From the NCBI RefSeq assembly GCF_009914755.1, contig NC_060947.1: a DNA stretch of 64,000 nucleotides; one strand, written 5' to 3'. The stretch is from the human T2T-CHM13v2.0 reference genome, Homo sapiens. Position numbers and translations under genes: made by a program. Shown piece by piece: positions 53,136-64,000 of the stretch; within the stretch, counting starts at the first letter, position 1; every line of letters begins with the position of its first letter. Below the pieces are notes generated by a model. That model saw only the letters and a program-made list of their open reading frames with translations, was not told the DNA's origin and made no database searches.

Positions 53136-53997
53136 ACCGAAGAGGAAAAGAGAGCTGAGTGGAAAAAGTCTTTGAAAATTTAGTCCTAAAACTTATATTT
53201 ACATTCTCATGCTCTCCTGAAGTCACAGAAAGAGGTTCGGAACTTCTGCTTTAAGAGGACATTTGAATCGACTGGAGAGGAACAAAGCATTGAAGAGAGA
53301 GGAAGTGAACTCCTCAGATAAAGCTCTAATATGAGAAACATAGTTCCAGAGAGAAGTTAATGTTACTTCATTTTTCTGTCTCATTTCCTTCAAGCTCAAA
53401 GCATGAGTAAGTGATAATGGTAAGTAAATATGTATTCTCTCTGCCATCCTAAAAACAGAAGGAGGGGGACCACTTGTAAAATTAAACACTGGCTGTAAAA
53501 ATAATTTATCCATATGTAGGATTTTTTTCAGTTGGAGAAAGCACCCAAGCCTACAGAGTGCGTGCCTAGGTTCTGCAATAACAATGCAATAGAAACAGTC
53601 ACAATTAACATACAGGCACACAAACACAGAAACACATTTTCGTGCTTTCACTATAGTTACTTATGGGAAAAAATCAAATAAAATGAGGGCATTGGAAGGC
53701 AAACAAAACATGCAGATACTTATTTTTTGACAAAACTTTAATGTGAAGTTATTACAACTGTCTGAAAATTTAACTCTCCAACAAGGTCTTTCTTGTGAAA
53801 CCGTTGTTTATCTTGCAAGTTCCTACAGATTCTCAATTCTGTACCCATAATTTTCCTATCCCTTGAGGCCTGGTAAAGTTTTCATGGAAAAAAATGAATG
53901 TTTTTGAGATTCTACATTTAATCTCTTAATTATTCTAAGGCAATAACATCTTTCCAGTGTTACAGATTTCATGCCAAAAAAAAAAAAGTTTATTTAG

Positions 53998-54282
53998 GGA
54001 TGCGCGCAGCAGCTGACGCCTGTAATCTCAGCACTTTGGGAGGCCGAGTAGGGCAGACTGCTTGAGACCAGGAGTTCGAGACCAGCCTGGGCAACATGGT
54101 GAAACCCCGTCTCCACTAAAGATACAAAAATTAGCCAGGCGTGGTGGCAGACACTTATAATCCCAGCTACTGGAAGACAGAGGCAGGAGAATCATTTGAG
54201 CCCACGATGGGGAGGTTGCAGTGAGCTGTGACCATGCCATTGCACTGCACTCCAGCCTGGGTGACAGAACGAGACTCTGTCT

Positions 54283-54322
<40 letters not shown>

Positions 54323-54339
54323 AGAGAGAGAGAGAGAGA
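53998..54339 (+). mobile_element. AluJ-like element with long poly(A) and (GA)n tail
   Basis: Alu dimer with J-type GCTTGAG...CCTGGGCAACATGG; degenerate TSD AAGTT(T)ATTTAG. Confidence 0.94.
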
Positions 54340-54582
54340 AGTTATTTAGAACTAACAGTATGCAAGGCACTGTGCTGGCTGCTAATGGGAGACACAAAGG
54401 AATGCAAAGTCATGACCCTCCAGAGGATTATAACCTCAGCGGAAAGACAGACAGGTGTACAAGCAGCTATGATACAAGGCAAATGGAGGTAATGCTTTAA
54501 AAGAGCTAGACAGGGGAAGGAGATGTTACCTCTAGTGGGAAATTTTAGATGACTTCATGACAATGTTGTGCTCTGGCCATAA

Positions 54583-54910
<328 letters not shown>

Positions 54911-55007
54911 CATAAGATTTCTTTAATAAGAGATGCAGCAAAGAACATTCTAGGAAGACATTATTACATTATAGAGGCATGAGAGGGTATAGTCTTGTCT
55001 GCCTCAC

Positions 55008-55105
55008 TCTCAGATTCATAAACCATGGGAGGGGCCTAGGAATCTGCATTATTAACAAGCTCCCTAGGAGATTCTGATGGAGGGGTTCTGCAAACTGCAC
55101 TCTAA
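55008..55105. mobile_element. MER5A-like fragment
   Basis: GGGGCCTAGGAATCTGCATTATTAACAAGCTCCCTAGGAGATTCTGATG. Confidence 0.75.
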
Positions 55106-55289
55106 GACTGATATAGAATATCTACCAAGAAATAGAGTAGGGAAGAGCAGGAACAAGGTATAGTGTGAAAGCTATAGGCTTGATGATAATAAAATGAGAA
55201 AGCAAGTCTAAGCTTGTGGCAAAGAGTCAATGTAATTTTCAGTGTAAGGCAATGAGTGCCTTGCTATGACAATGTTATATATTTACAAT

Positions 55290-55560
55290 TAGGTGAAATA
55301 GATCCATTTGCATAAAATTCAAAAACTGGCAAAATTAATCTATGGTATTAGAAATCACGATAATGCTTATCCATGGGGGTAGCACGGAGAGACTGAAAAG
55401 GGGCAGAAGGGGGCCTCTGAGGTATCATCAAGGTTCTGTTTTTAATCTAAGTGCTGGTTAAAGGGATGTGTTCAGTTTGTGCAAATTCATCTAGCTGCAC
55501 CTTTATATTAGGCATGCTTTTCTACTGAAGTATATTATACTTCAGTAAGAAGTTATAAAA
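55290..55560 (+). mobile_element. L1ME 3' end
   Basis: AAATTCAAAAACTGGCAAAATTAATCTATGGTATTAGAAATCA...GTGTTCAGTTTGTGCAAATTCATCTAGCTGCAC. Confidence 0.8.
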
Positions 55561-56919
55561 ATTAGGCTGAGTAGGTGTATTTCAACTAAAAGAAAACATC
55601 CTATAATTGTTATCTTATTAATCTCAGAAAATTTCATAATAACTTAATACCTCTTTCAATTCTCTGAAAGTTATATAAATGTGATAAAATAGAATATAAG
55701 AGGAATGTTCTAAAACATTTTTCAGATCATTCTAATGGGGAAAATAACTTCTTAAAGCTTCCTTGCTAACACTTAAATCCCATCAGATTGAAATTTCTTA
55801 TTCTAAAGTTACCATCCTTGAGTCTATTATTTATCCTCACTGTCTCAGCTTGCTGTGCCCCTTCACAGTAAAACTTCTTGAAAAAGTTGTCTATAATCTT
55901 TGTATCTATTTTCCCACCTTATATTATTTACTCAGCCTACTCCTCTGGACCTTCCATATCCATCATTCTGTTCAAATTGCTCTTGTCCAGATCACCAAAA
56001 AATTATATGTTGCCAAATCCAATAGTCACTTATCTTTTCATTATACTGAGCCCCTCATAACATGCTGGTTATTAATTACTCCCTCCCTTCAACACTCTTT
56101 TTGTATCTTTCATATTGCCACACTCTCTTGATTCCCCTCCTAATTCTTGGTATTCTATATTGGATGTCCCTCTTCTGTTCCACTTCTAAACATCTGAGTG
56201 TCTCAGGGCTTGATCTTGAGACTATTTATGTTCTCCTGGAGGTCTCTAGCGCCATGGCTCTAGACAGATCCTTAATGTGCATCTGCCAGCCCTAAGCTCT
56301 TCTCTAAAATCCACATTTATATTCAGTTTCCTAGGGTCTCTAATAAGCATCCCCAAACTAGCATGTCCAAATAAAGATTCTTGATACTTTTTGAACAAAT
56401 CTGCTCTTACTTTATAATATTCTACATCTCAATAAATGGTAATACCCTCATCATAATTATTCAAGTTAAACATTAAAGAGTTAACACTGATTTATTTTTT
56501 TCTCCTACCAATTAAGCCTTGTTGACTACAAATCTGAAATCAGTCGCTTCAATCTCTCCAGTACAATCGTCCTTGTCCAAGCCACTATCATCTCTCACAC
56601 GGACTACTCAATTAATGACTGGTCTTTTTATTCCACTTTCACCCCCTACATTCCGTTTTCGATAAGCCAGTCAAAGTGAAGCTAATACTCTCCAATCACT
56701 TGCCACCATAATTACAATAAAATCTAAACAATTTATAAAAACGAACAAGTCTTTATATGAGCTGGCCATTGCCTACTTCTCCAACTCACTCATCCTCAAT
56801 GTCTTAGCCATATTGGCTTATTGTTGTTGTTGCCCCATGAATATGTTAACTTGTCTTTACACCAAACACTATGCATTAGTGGTACTCCTGCCTAGAATAC
56901 TGTTCCTTTTGATTGTTAT

Positions 56920-57472
56920 TATAGGAGATCAATATATACCACTCCAAAATATGGCACTTTGACATAAAGATTACTTTTAGTTAGAGGCAAGTAAGAATCA
57001 ATATAAGCAAAAAGAAGCCTTCCCAGTGCTTCCCTTGTCTAAATAAAAGCAGAAACTTCTGAGAAATGATAACTGCTATAAGCCCTCTCTCCTGGGAAAT
57101 TGTTATGGCCATGAAGAATACGAAAAGTTGATCTCAAGATAGACTTGGCATAAACAAACTATACTCCATGTTTCTCCCATATATTTACCTTCCTACAGTT
57201 TGGCAACCCTAAATACCTAAACCCCTTTTTTCTTTGTTTTGTCATTTCTCTACAAGTTTACTGTTCTTTGTTCAGATGCTATATAAACCCAACATTCTAA
57301 CCACCCCTTTGAGTTACTCATCACTGAGTTTCTACCAGGTGTATGTGCACTGAATATTTTAATAAACTTCTAGGCTTTTCCTCTTGTTAATCTGTCTTTT
57401 GTCACTCTAACTTTGTAGGACTCCAGCTGGGCAGCCTAGAAGGGTAGAAGGAACATATTTTTCTTCCCCTAC
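56920..57472 (+). mobile_element. MER34-like ERV1 solo LTR
   Basis: TATAGGAGATCAATATATACCACTCCAAAATATG start; internal TATATAAA and AATAAA; TTCTTCCCCTACA end. Confidence 0.8.
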
Positions 57473-57542
57473 ATCACAGAGCTGGCCCCTTCTTGTCATT
57501 CAGATCTCTGTTTAAATAACATGGCTCAGAAAAAAATGTCCT

Positions 57543-57899
57543 TGCTTGGGCCTGGTGGGTCACGCCTGTAAATCCCAGCACTTTGGGAGGCTGAGGCGGG
57601 TGGATCGCTTGAGGTCAGAAGTTTGAGACCAGCCTGGGCAACATGGTCAAACCCCATCTCTACTAAAAATACAAAAATCAGCTGGGCCTGGTGGTGCATG
57701 CCTCTAGTCCCAGTTATTTGGGAGGCGGAGGCACACGAAAAGCTTGAACATGGGAGGCAGAGGTTGCAGTGAGCTGAGATTGCACCACTGCGCTCCAGCC
57801 TGGGCAACAGAGCAAGACTCCGAAAGGCAGAAAGAAAAAGAAAGAAAAGAAAGAAAAAGAAAAAGAAAAAAAAGAAAGAGGGAGGGAGGGGAAAAAAAA
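57543..57899 (+). mobile_element. AluS element with (GAAAA)n tail
   Basis: Alu dimer; TSD AGAAAAAAATGTCCT at 57528-57542 and 57900-57914. Confidence 0.95.
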
Positions 57900-59145
57900 A
57901 GAAAAAAATGTCCTAGATATTCTGAACCAAAGTGGTCATCCTGTCACAATCTGTAATTTTACCCCATTTTAAAGTCTCTTTATGTATATTTTCTAGTTAT
58001 TTTGTTTTCTGTCTCCTGTGAGAGAATGTAATATCCATGTCGATACAAATCATATCTTGATTGTTAATTGCTGAAATCCCAGTGCGCCCAAAATTGCACG
58101 TCCTGTAATAGGTGTTTGATAAACTTTTGTTGAATTCTGAATGTTAAACCCTTTGACAAGTGACCTGACATGATGAATAAAAACTTATAGGGTTTAAGGA
58201 TTAAAAAATTTCCATAAAGAATTGTTTACTTAATTCACAATGGCTAGGACTTGCCAATGGGTATAGAGGCCACCAGAAACTGGTGAACTATTTTTTAAAA
58301 TCTCATAATATAAGAGGAATCATATTATTAACTGGCCACTATTCTGAGTTTTGAAAAACATTTTACAACTTTAAAAAATGATTCAAATAAAGCAAGGAGA
58401 CGAGTAATGCAAGTAATGCCAAGTATGACTTGTGTTTATCTAATAATGGACTTTGTTACTTATAGCCACATGGAATTTTAGGGCTGCAAACAACAAGGAG
58501 AGGCACCTCCTTCTGTAATCACAGTGTTGCTATAATTACAGACAAAGGTTTGTCAGCATTTCCATTAAAAGAACTTAACTAAGCTGTTAAATGTCCATTA
58601 GCCTAATATATGGCTTATAATATCTTAGCTAACTGCATATTAAAAACAGCTAATTAAAAATGGATGGATTTTTAAATAAAGTTATGTAAATACCCAGAAG
58701 AAATCAGCTCTTTAAGTGTGCACATTTCTATAACAATATAAGTGCAAGCTTTTTTTCCCCAGTATTTGAATTGTCTATTTATATGCATTATTTTTAAAAC
58801 TTAACCTAAAATGTTCTGGAAAGGGATTACATAACAATAAGCACAATGTTGTCATAAGAAGGAAGAATGAACGGCTTGACTACTGTGATGGACGCTGATG
58901 AACTACTCAGATTTCCCTTCAATAAAGAACTTGTCCCAGCAGGTGGAAGGGCTGGTGGCAGACAGCCTTCAGCTCTCAGTTTTAGGGGTGGTCCCAGCCA
59001 TGAAGAGCCCCCTTGCACAAGGTCATGACTTATTTCTGAGAAGGCTATCATCCAATGACTGATTAATGCAGGAGTAGTAAGGCTCACTGTTCTCAGGACT
59101 ACTCTGAAGGGTCATTCGAAGCTCTGAAGCTTCCCATATGTTTGG

Positions 59146-59663
59146 TCAATTGGGAAACAGCTCTATGGAGGTGCCCAATGATATTATAAGTATCCACATA
59201 GGCCACATACACAAAGTTCAACTGCAGATTGACCCACGTCTTGACAAATGCTCTGTGATCCTTCCAACATGGGAAGATAGGCAGTCTTGAGAGGAAGTCT
59301 ACCAAGGCAATATTCCACCCACCTCTGTATCTTTAGGGAAGTCCCTTACCTTGTGGGAGGTGGCGATAGAACATTTCTCATCTGCCTTTCTGGTTATGGT
59401 GAGACATATGATGTTCCATCTCAGCTCCCCTTAAAGTACAGCTGCAGAGTATAAAACTGCTTAATTGCATGACGAAATTGGCTTCTCAACAACAGAGTGC
59501 ACACTGCTTGTGTTGCATGTCATCTGGTCTCTTTAATTTTGGTATCATACTGTGGGACAAGTGACACAGGAAACTGACACCATGCTGATCATACTTTTGA
59601 TGCCTATAAAACTGTTTGGGTTGACTGTCTCATTAACTGCTGAATCTCTCAGCCTGCTTAACA
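59146..59663 (+). mobile_element. MER74/MER73/MER54-like ERVL LTR inserted in the LTR16
   Basis: About 520 bp interrupting LTR16 colinearity; GGAAACTGACACCATGCTGATC motif and ...GCTTAACA terminus; family assignment from memory. Confidence 0.5.
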
Positions 59664-59804
59664 CTAAGGCTGTTATTGGGCCTGCATTACAGCTCAACTT
59701 CTCTTTCTGTCCAATCCTGCTTCTAAGCCCTCTCTTGAATATGTATTGGTCCAGTGGGCATTCCCTGATAAGTATTCTGCATATTAAACTTTATTTTAGA
59801 GTCT

Positions 59805-60135
59805 GGCCGGGCGTAGTGGCTCACGCCTGTAATCCCAGCACTTTGGGAGGCAGAAGTGGGTGGATCACCTGAGGTCGGGTGTTTGAGACCAGCCTGACCA
59901 ACATGATGAAACCCCGTCTCTACTAAAAATACAAAATTAGCCAGGCGTGGTAGTACTTGCCTGTAATCCCAGATACTTGGGAGTTTGAGGCAGAAGAATC
60001 ACTTGAACCCATAAGGCGGAAATTACAGTGAGACGAGATTGTGCCATTACACTCCAACATGGACAACGAGAGCAAAATTCTGTCTAAAATAATAATAATA
60101 ATAATAATAACAACAAATAAAGTAAAAATAAAAAT
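59805..60135 (+). mobile_element. AluSp-like element with (AAT)n tail
   Basis: GAGGTCGGG and CCTGACCAACATG; TSD TTTTAGAGTCT at 59794-59804 and 60137-60147. Confidence 0.95.
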
Positions 60136-60464
60136 GTTTTAGAGTCTGTTTCCCAGAGAACCCAACCTGTAACACCTACTTAGTATGTCAAAGCAACCAA
60201 GGAAGTCAAGGGCTGTATTATTTCTCTTTTTATTTGGCTGTCAGGAGTTGTGTTTATTACTCTATCTGAGGAGCCCAGAGTGATTTTACGTACACGATCT
60301 CTTTTTGCAGTTTCATATTACATGTTCTTAGTTGCTTTAACTAGATGACTGCTGAGCAGGCATCTAGGCCATCTCCACTGAAGTCGTGCAACCTCTTCCA
60401 ATACAACTCCAGCAGGCAGCCAGGTTTGGAAGTACTCTATTCCATTACATCTAAAAAGTATGCC

Positions 60465-60623
60465 TTTTGTTTTCGAGACAGGATCTCACTCTGTCACCCA
60501 GGCTGGAGTGCAGTGGCAGGAGGGAGCACAGCTCACCATAGACTTGACCTCATGGGCTCAAACGATTCTCCCATCTCAGCCTCCTGAGTAGCTGGGGCTA
60601 CAGGGGCACACTACCTCGCCCGG

Positions 60624-60675
<52 letters not shown>

Positions 60676-60792
60676 TTTGTAGAGATGAGGCCTATTTTAC
60701 TCAGGCTGGTCTTGAACTGCTAGCCTCAAGCGATCCTTACACCACAGCCCCCCAGTGTTGGGATTACTAGTGTGAGGCACTGCACCTGGCCA
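60465..60792 (-). mobile_element. AluJ element whose central linker has become a (TATC)n microsatellite (about 60625-60675)
   Basis: GAGACAGGATCTCACTCTGTCACCCAGGC...GGGCTCAAACGATTCTCCC...(TATC)n...CTCAAGCGATCC. Confidence 0.92.
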
Positions 60793-61511
60793 TTATTTCC
60801 TTTTGTTATTTCCACTCATTTGTTTTATTGCTCCCTTTCTGAGCAAAGATGATGCTTTAACATCCTTTGTAAAAAACAGCCTTTGAGGTTAACATACATC
60901 TACTTCTCAGTTTTCCTACAACTAGATTTTTCTACCCCATGGAGAAATAGTCTCAATTACAACTAGTCCTAAGATCAGCTCTTTGGGGCTATTTGATTAT
61001 TCAAAAGTCCTATGTAAATTGAAGACCTAAAGGATAAAAAGATCCCTCCCAACCATACCTCCCCTACATGTGTGATGAAAGCTTCAGCTGAGCTAGATGG
61101 CCCCTTTAATGGTGTTTTTAATTTATACCTGCTCTTGATGGAAGAGAAAATAAAGGAGTTCTCCAAAGGGATTTAGGCGTGGGAGTCAATATTAGATCCA
61201 AAGCAAGGGTCATTCTGTTCCTATGTTTCTAAGGGCTTTCTCATTTACTCAATCTAATAATTTTTAAGCACCTCTTATTGTCCTAGCTAACACCCTGGAT
61301 GAAATGGTCAGAAAGCACTACATGTATTTGACCTCAGACAAGTAATAGAAAGCCTATTCTGACTTTTTAAATAACATTTCAAGAAGTCCTGCATAACTCC
61401 TTTCTATTATTTTATGAACATAGTCCATGGAGGCTTCCAACTAGCAACCCGTGAACTTAACCTAAGGCTTCTATTTAATGAGTCTGATAGCCACCTGAAT
61501 AAAAAATCTTT

Positions 61512-61792
61512 TTTTTTTTTCTTTTTTTGAGATGGAGTCTGGCTCTGTCGCCCAGGCTGGAGTGGAGTGGCAGGATCTCGGCTACCGGGTTCAAGTGATT
61601 CTCCTGCCTCAGCCTCCCGAGTAGCTGGGACTACCGGCACATGCCACTACGCCCGGCTGATTTTTTGTATTTGTAGTAGAGGTGGGTTTTCACCGTGTTA
61701 GCCAGGATGGTCTCTATCTCCTGACCTCATGATCCGCCTGCCTCGGCCTCCCAAAGTGCTGGGATTACAGGCGTGAGCCACCATGCCTGGCC
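61512..61792 (-). mobile_element. AluSc8/Y-like element with a small right-arm deletion
   Basis: GATCTCGGCT joined to ACCGGGTTCAAG, lacking about CACTGCAACCTCCGCCTC; TSD CTGAAT(A/C)AAAAATCTTT at 61495-61511 and 61793-61809. Confidence 0.95.
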
Positions 61793-62026
61793 CTGAATCA
61801 AAAATCTTTTGCGTAGATAAGGAAAAAAAAATCAACAGTGTTGTATAAGGGGCTCATAGCCACTTCATGGATTGAGGTAGCTTACAAAGCAAAATAACAG
61901 GGAAGTGCCACAAAACAATTCAATACACTACTGGATTCTTTGAACCAAAACCTTGAAAACAGCACAAATCTGTTCCAGTACTTGGGAGATCAACCATTGA
62001 AAATTAACATTTCATTTACAACTTCT

Positions 62027-62076
62027 GCCTGCTCTTCTGTTCTAGCCTCCTCTTCTGTTCTAGCCTGCTCTTCTGT
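62027..62076. repeat. 18-bp minisatellite, about 2.8 copies
   Basis: GCCT(G/C)CTCTTCTGTTCTA units starting at 62027, 62045 and 62063. Confidence 0.9.
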
Positions 62077-63511
62077 GGCTGTTCATCGCAGCCACATTTG
62101 TAGGTTTAAATGTTCAGATTGCCTAGAAAGCTTTGCATATGCAAATATATGCATAATCATCTGGTTATGCTTTCTATCAGACTCATAAACCTGCTTTATT
62201 CTCTCCAGCATTTTTCTTCTAATATTTCATAAATAGGGCTGTAACCTCAACCTTAAATTCCAAATATTCTGAATTTTCTTTTTGTCTATAATTGTATTTT
62301 GTCAAGATTTTTTTTTACTAATATTTAAAATGAACTTTAAATGTTTCTGAATTTTAATATTGAAACCTCAAATCCTCACACACTCACCTTAGGTAAGTAA
62401 AAAAGCTTTAGAGCTTGAGTTAGTAAGAAGGACTTAGTCAAGGAAAGAGACAATACAGTGAGTGAGTGAGTGTGTGTTTGTGTATGTGCCTGTGTGTGTG
62501 TTGAGGGGTCATTTGTGTATTGCACATGACATCGAGAAGTGAGGGATGTGAAAACCAAGATGTTTCCTTCCTGAGGCCGTGTGACCTGATTCAGAGCTGC
62601 ATCTCATTCACCTCTTAGGTCCCTGGTTGGAGTGCCTTTTTCAAATGTCTCTGCCCAAAGTGAGGGACATCTTTTATTAAACCATCAAGTCAAAACGAGT
62701 GATCTTTCTAATACATACAAAGACTCAGGATATGCCATATACAGACATGCAAATGACCAAGGCCTATTTTCAAGCATTATTACTAAAATAATTATTTGGG
62801 ATAAAACTTAATAAACACAAGTAGTATCTGCTTTATAGATAGATGATGGTGCCAAATTGAATATGAATATCAGTTGTTTGCAATAGGGAACATATTTTCC
62901 ACATAAGCATTGGATACTTAGTAGCTCAGTTGCCAATTACACTGCCGACTCTAACTTAAGCTATCTAATGAGGACAACAGACCTGCTATTGGGATTACGG
63001 AATTCAGGAAACAGTAAATTCACTCTGAGAGCAATTGAGATCCTCTGAAATGGGGTCTCGGAAGGCGGGGAATTAATAACAGGGCCTTTGAGTATGGCCT
63101 CACAAGTTGTAAATTGCTTCCAGAGGCACTGAGCTGAGAGGCGCAGAGAAGCTGAAATCTTCAAGCCACGAAACCTGGCCCCGGGCTCTATCTGCCCAGT
63201 AAAAGGACCACTGTTTTCCTTCTCTCAAGGGATCCACATGGGTTAGCACGTGTCTTAAGTGTTTGGGTTATCATGCTGACTGTACACTCTTGAAAGGCAA
63301 GCCAAATTATTCCTTCCTAGACAAAAGCAAGAAATATATGAAGAAAAAAGAAAACAACTTGAGAGGTGAGATACTTGCCACAAGTTTGGATGGACAACCC
63401 TTGTAAATTGAGCATTCATTGCAGCATCCATGCTTATTTTAAGTGTAAGTTATATACACACACACAAACACATATGTATATGCATATGTATGTATGCATA
63501 CATATACACAT

Positions 63512-63803
63512 ATTTATTTTTATTTAAATAATTTTTTATTTGTATGAATGTAAGGGGTACAAGTGCAATTTTATTATGTGAGTATGTTGGATAGTGGTGA
63601 ACTTTGGATTTTTAGTGTATCCATCACCCAAATTATGTACATTGTAGCCATTAATTTATCACTGATTCCCTTGCACACCCCCACACTTCAGTCTCCAATG
63701 CTTATCACTACACACTCTATGTCCATGTGTACATGTTTATACATTATTTGTCTTTCACTTATAAGTGAGAACATGGGGTATCTTTCTGCTTCTGAGTTGT
63801 TTC
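63512..63803 (-). mobile_element. L1PB4/L1MA1-type 3' end
   Basis: AAGGGGTACAAGTGCAATTTT...ATAGTGGTGAA...TTTTAGTGTATCCATCACCC...CACTTATAAGTGAGAACATG. Confidence 0.88.
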
Positions 63804-63963
63804 ATATATATATATACACACACACATATATGTATATATGTGTATATATATACGTATATATATACACATATATACGTATATATATGTGTGTATATATACG
63901 TATATATACACACGCGTATATATATACGTATATATACACACGCGTATATATATACACATACAC
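63804..63963. repeat. Alternating purine-pyrimidine (TA/CA/CG)n tract
   Basis: Directly visible. Confidence 0.95.
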
Positions 63964-64000
63964 TGATATTGATGGCTTTTCTCTAGAAAAAGTATAAATC

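Larger units (their letters stand above)
55830..58140 (+). mobile_element. L2 LINE interrupted by an ERV1 LTR and an Alu
   Basis: TTCACAGTAAAACTTCTTGAAAAAGTTGTCTA, GTTGCCAAATCCAATAGTCA, GTCCAAGCCACTATCATCTCTCAC; 3' end GAATGTAA...TTTGTTGAAT near 58130. Confidence 0.75.
58884..60174 (+). mobile_element. LTR16(C)-like ERVL solo LTR split by two later insertions
   Basis: TGTGATGGACGCTG start; CATCCAATGACTGAT...ACTCTGAAGGGTCATTC; resumes near 59664 (CTAAGGCTGTTATTGGGCCTGCAT); ends AGAACCCAACCTGTAACA. Confidence 0.78.

Noticed and set aside
53223-53651. 142-aa minus-strand ORF in unique sequence
   Set aside because: Non-ATG start, no recognisable domain or splice context; one such ORF is expected by chance in 64 kb

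Overview
AT-rich, CpG-poor primate genomic DNA. AluY elements and L1PA3/4-type 3' ends point to human or another ape. The window looks intronic or intergenic. I could not support any protein-coding gene, tRNA/rRNA gene, CpG island or NUMT. The supplied ORFs are chance ORFs, microsatellite translations, Alu read-throughs or decayed L1 ORF2 pieces. Much of the window is transposon-derived: about 9 Alu/FLAM copies, many 5'-truncated L1s of different ages, L2/MIR relics, MaLR/ERVL/ERV1 solo LTRs and hAT-Charlie MITEs. Subfamily names come from remembered consensus motifs and need RepeatMasker/Dfam confirmation. The best-supported unusual structure is a 5'-inverted (twin-primed) young L1PA with an interrupted tail, nested inside an older L1PB that is itself 5'-inverted; both keep their TSDs (48713-50013). 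Other notable items are a perfect 49-bp tandem duplication in an ancient L2, a fused tandem MSTA LTR pair, an LTR-in-LTR-plus-Alu nest, an Sc/Sp-type chimeric Alu, a perfected palindrome and a 47-codon polyQ micro-ORF behind a splice-acceptor-like tract. I found no convincing new biological system; all functional suggestions are hypotheses.
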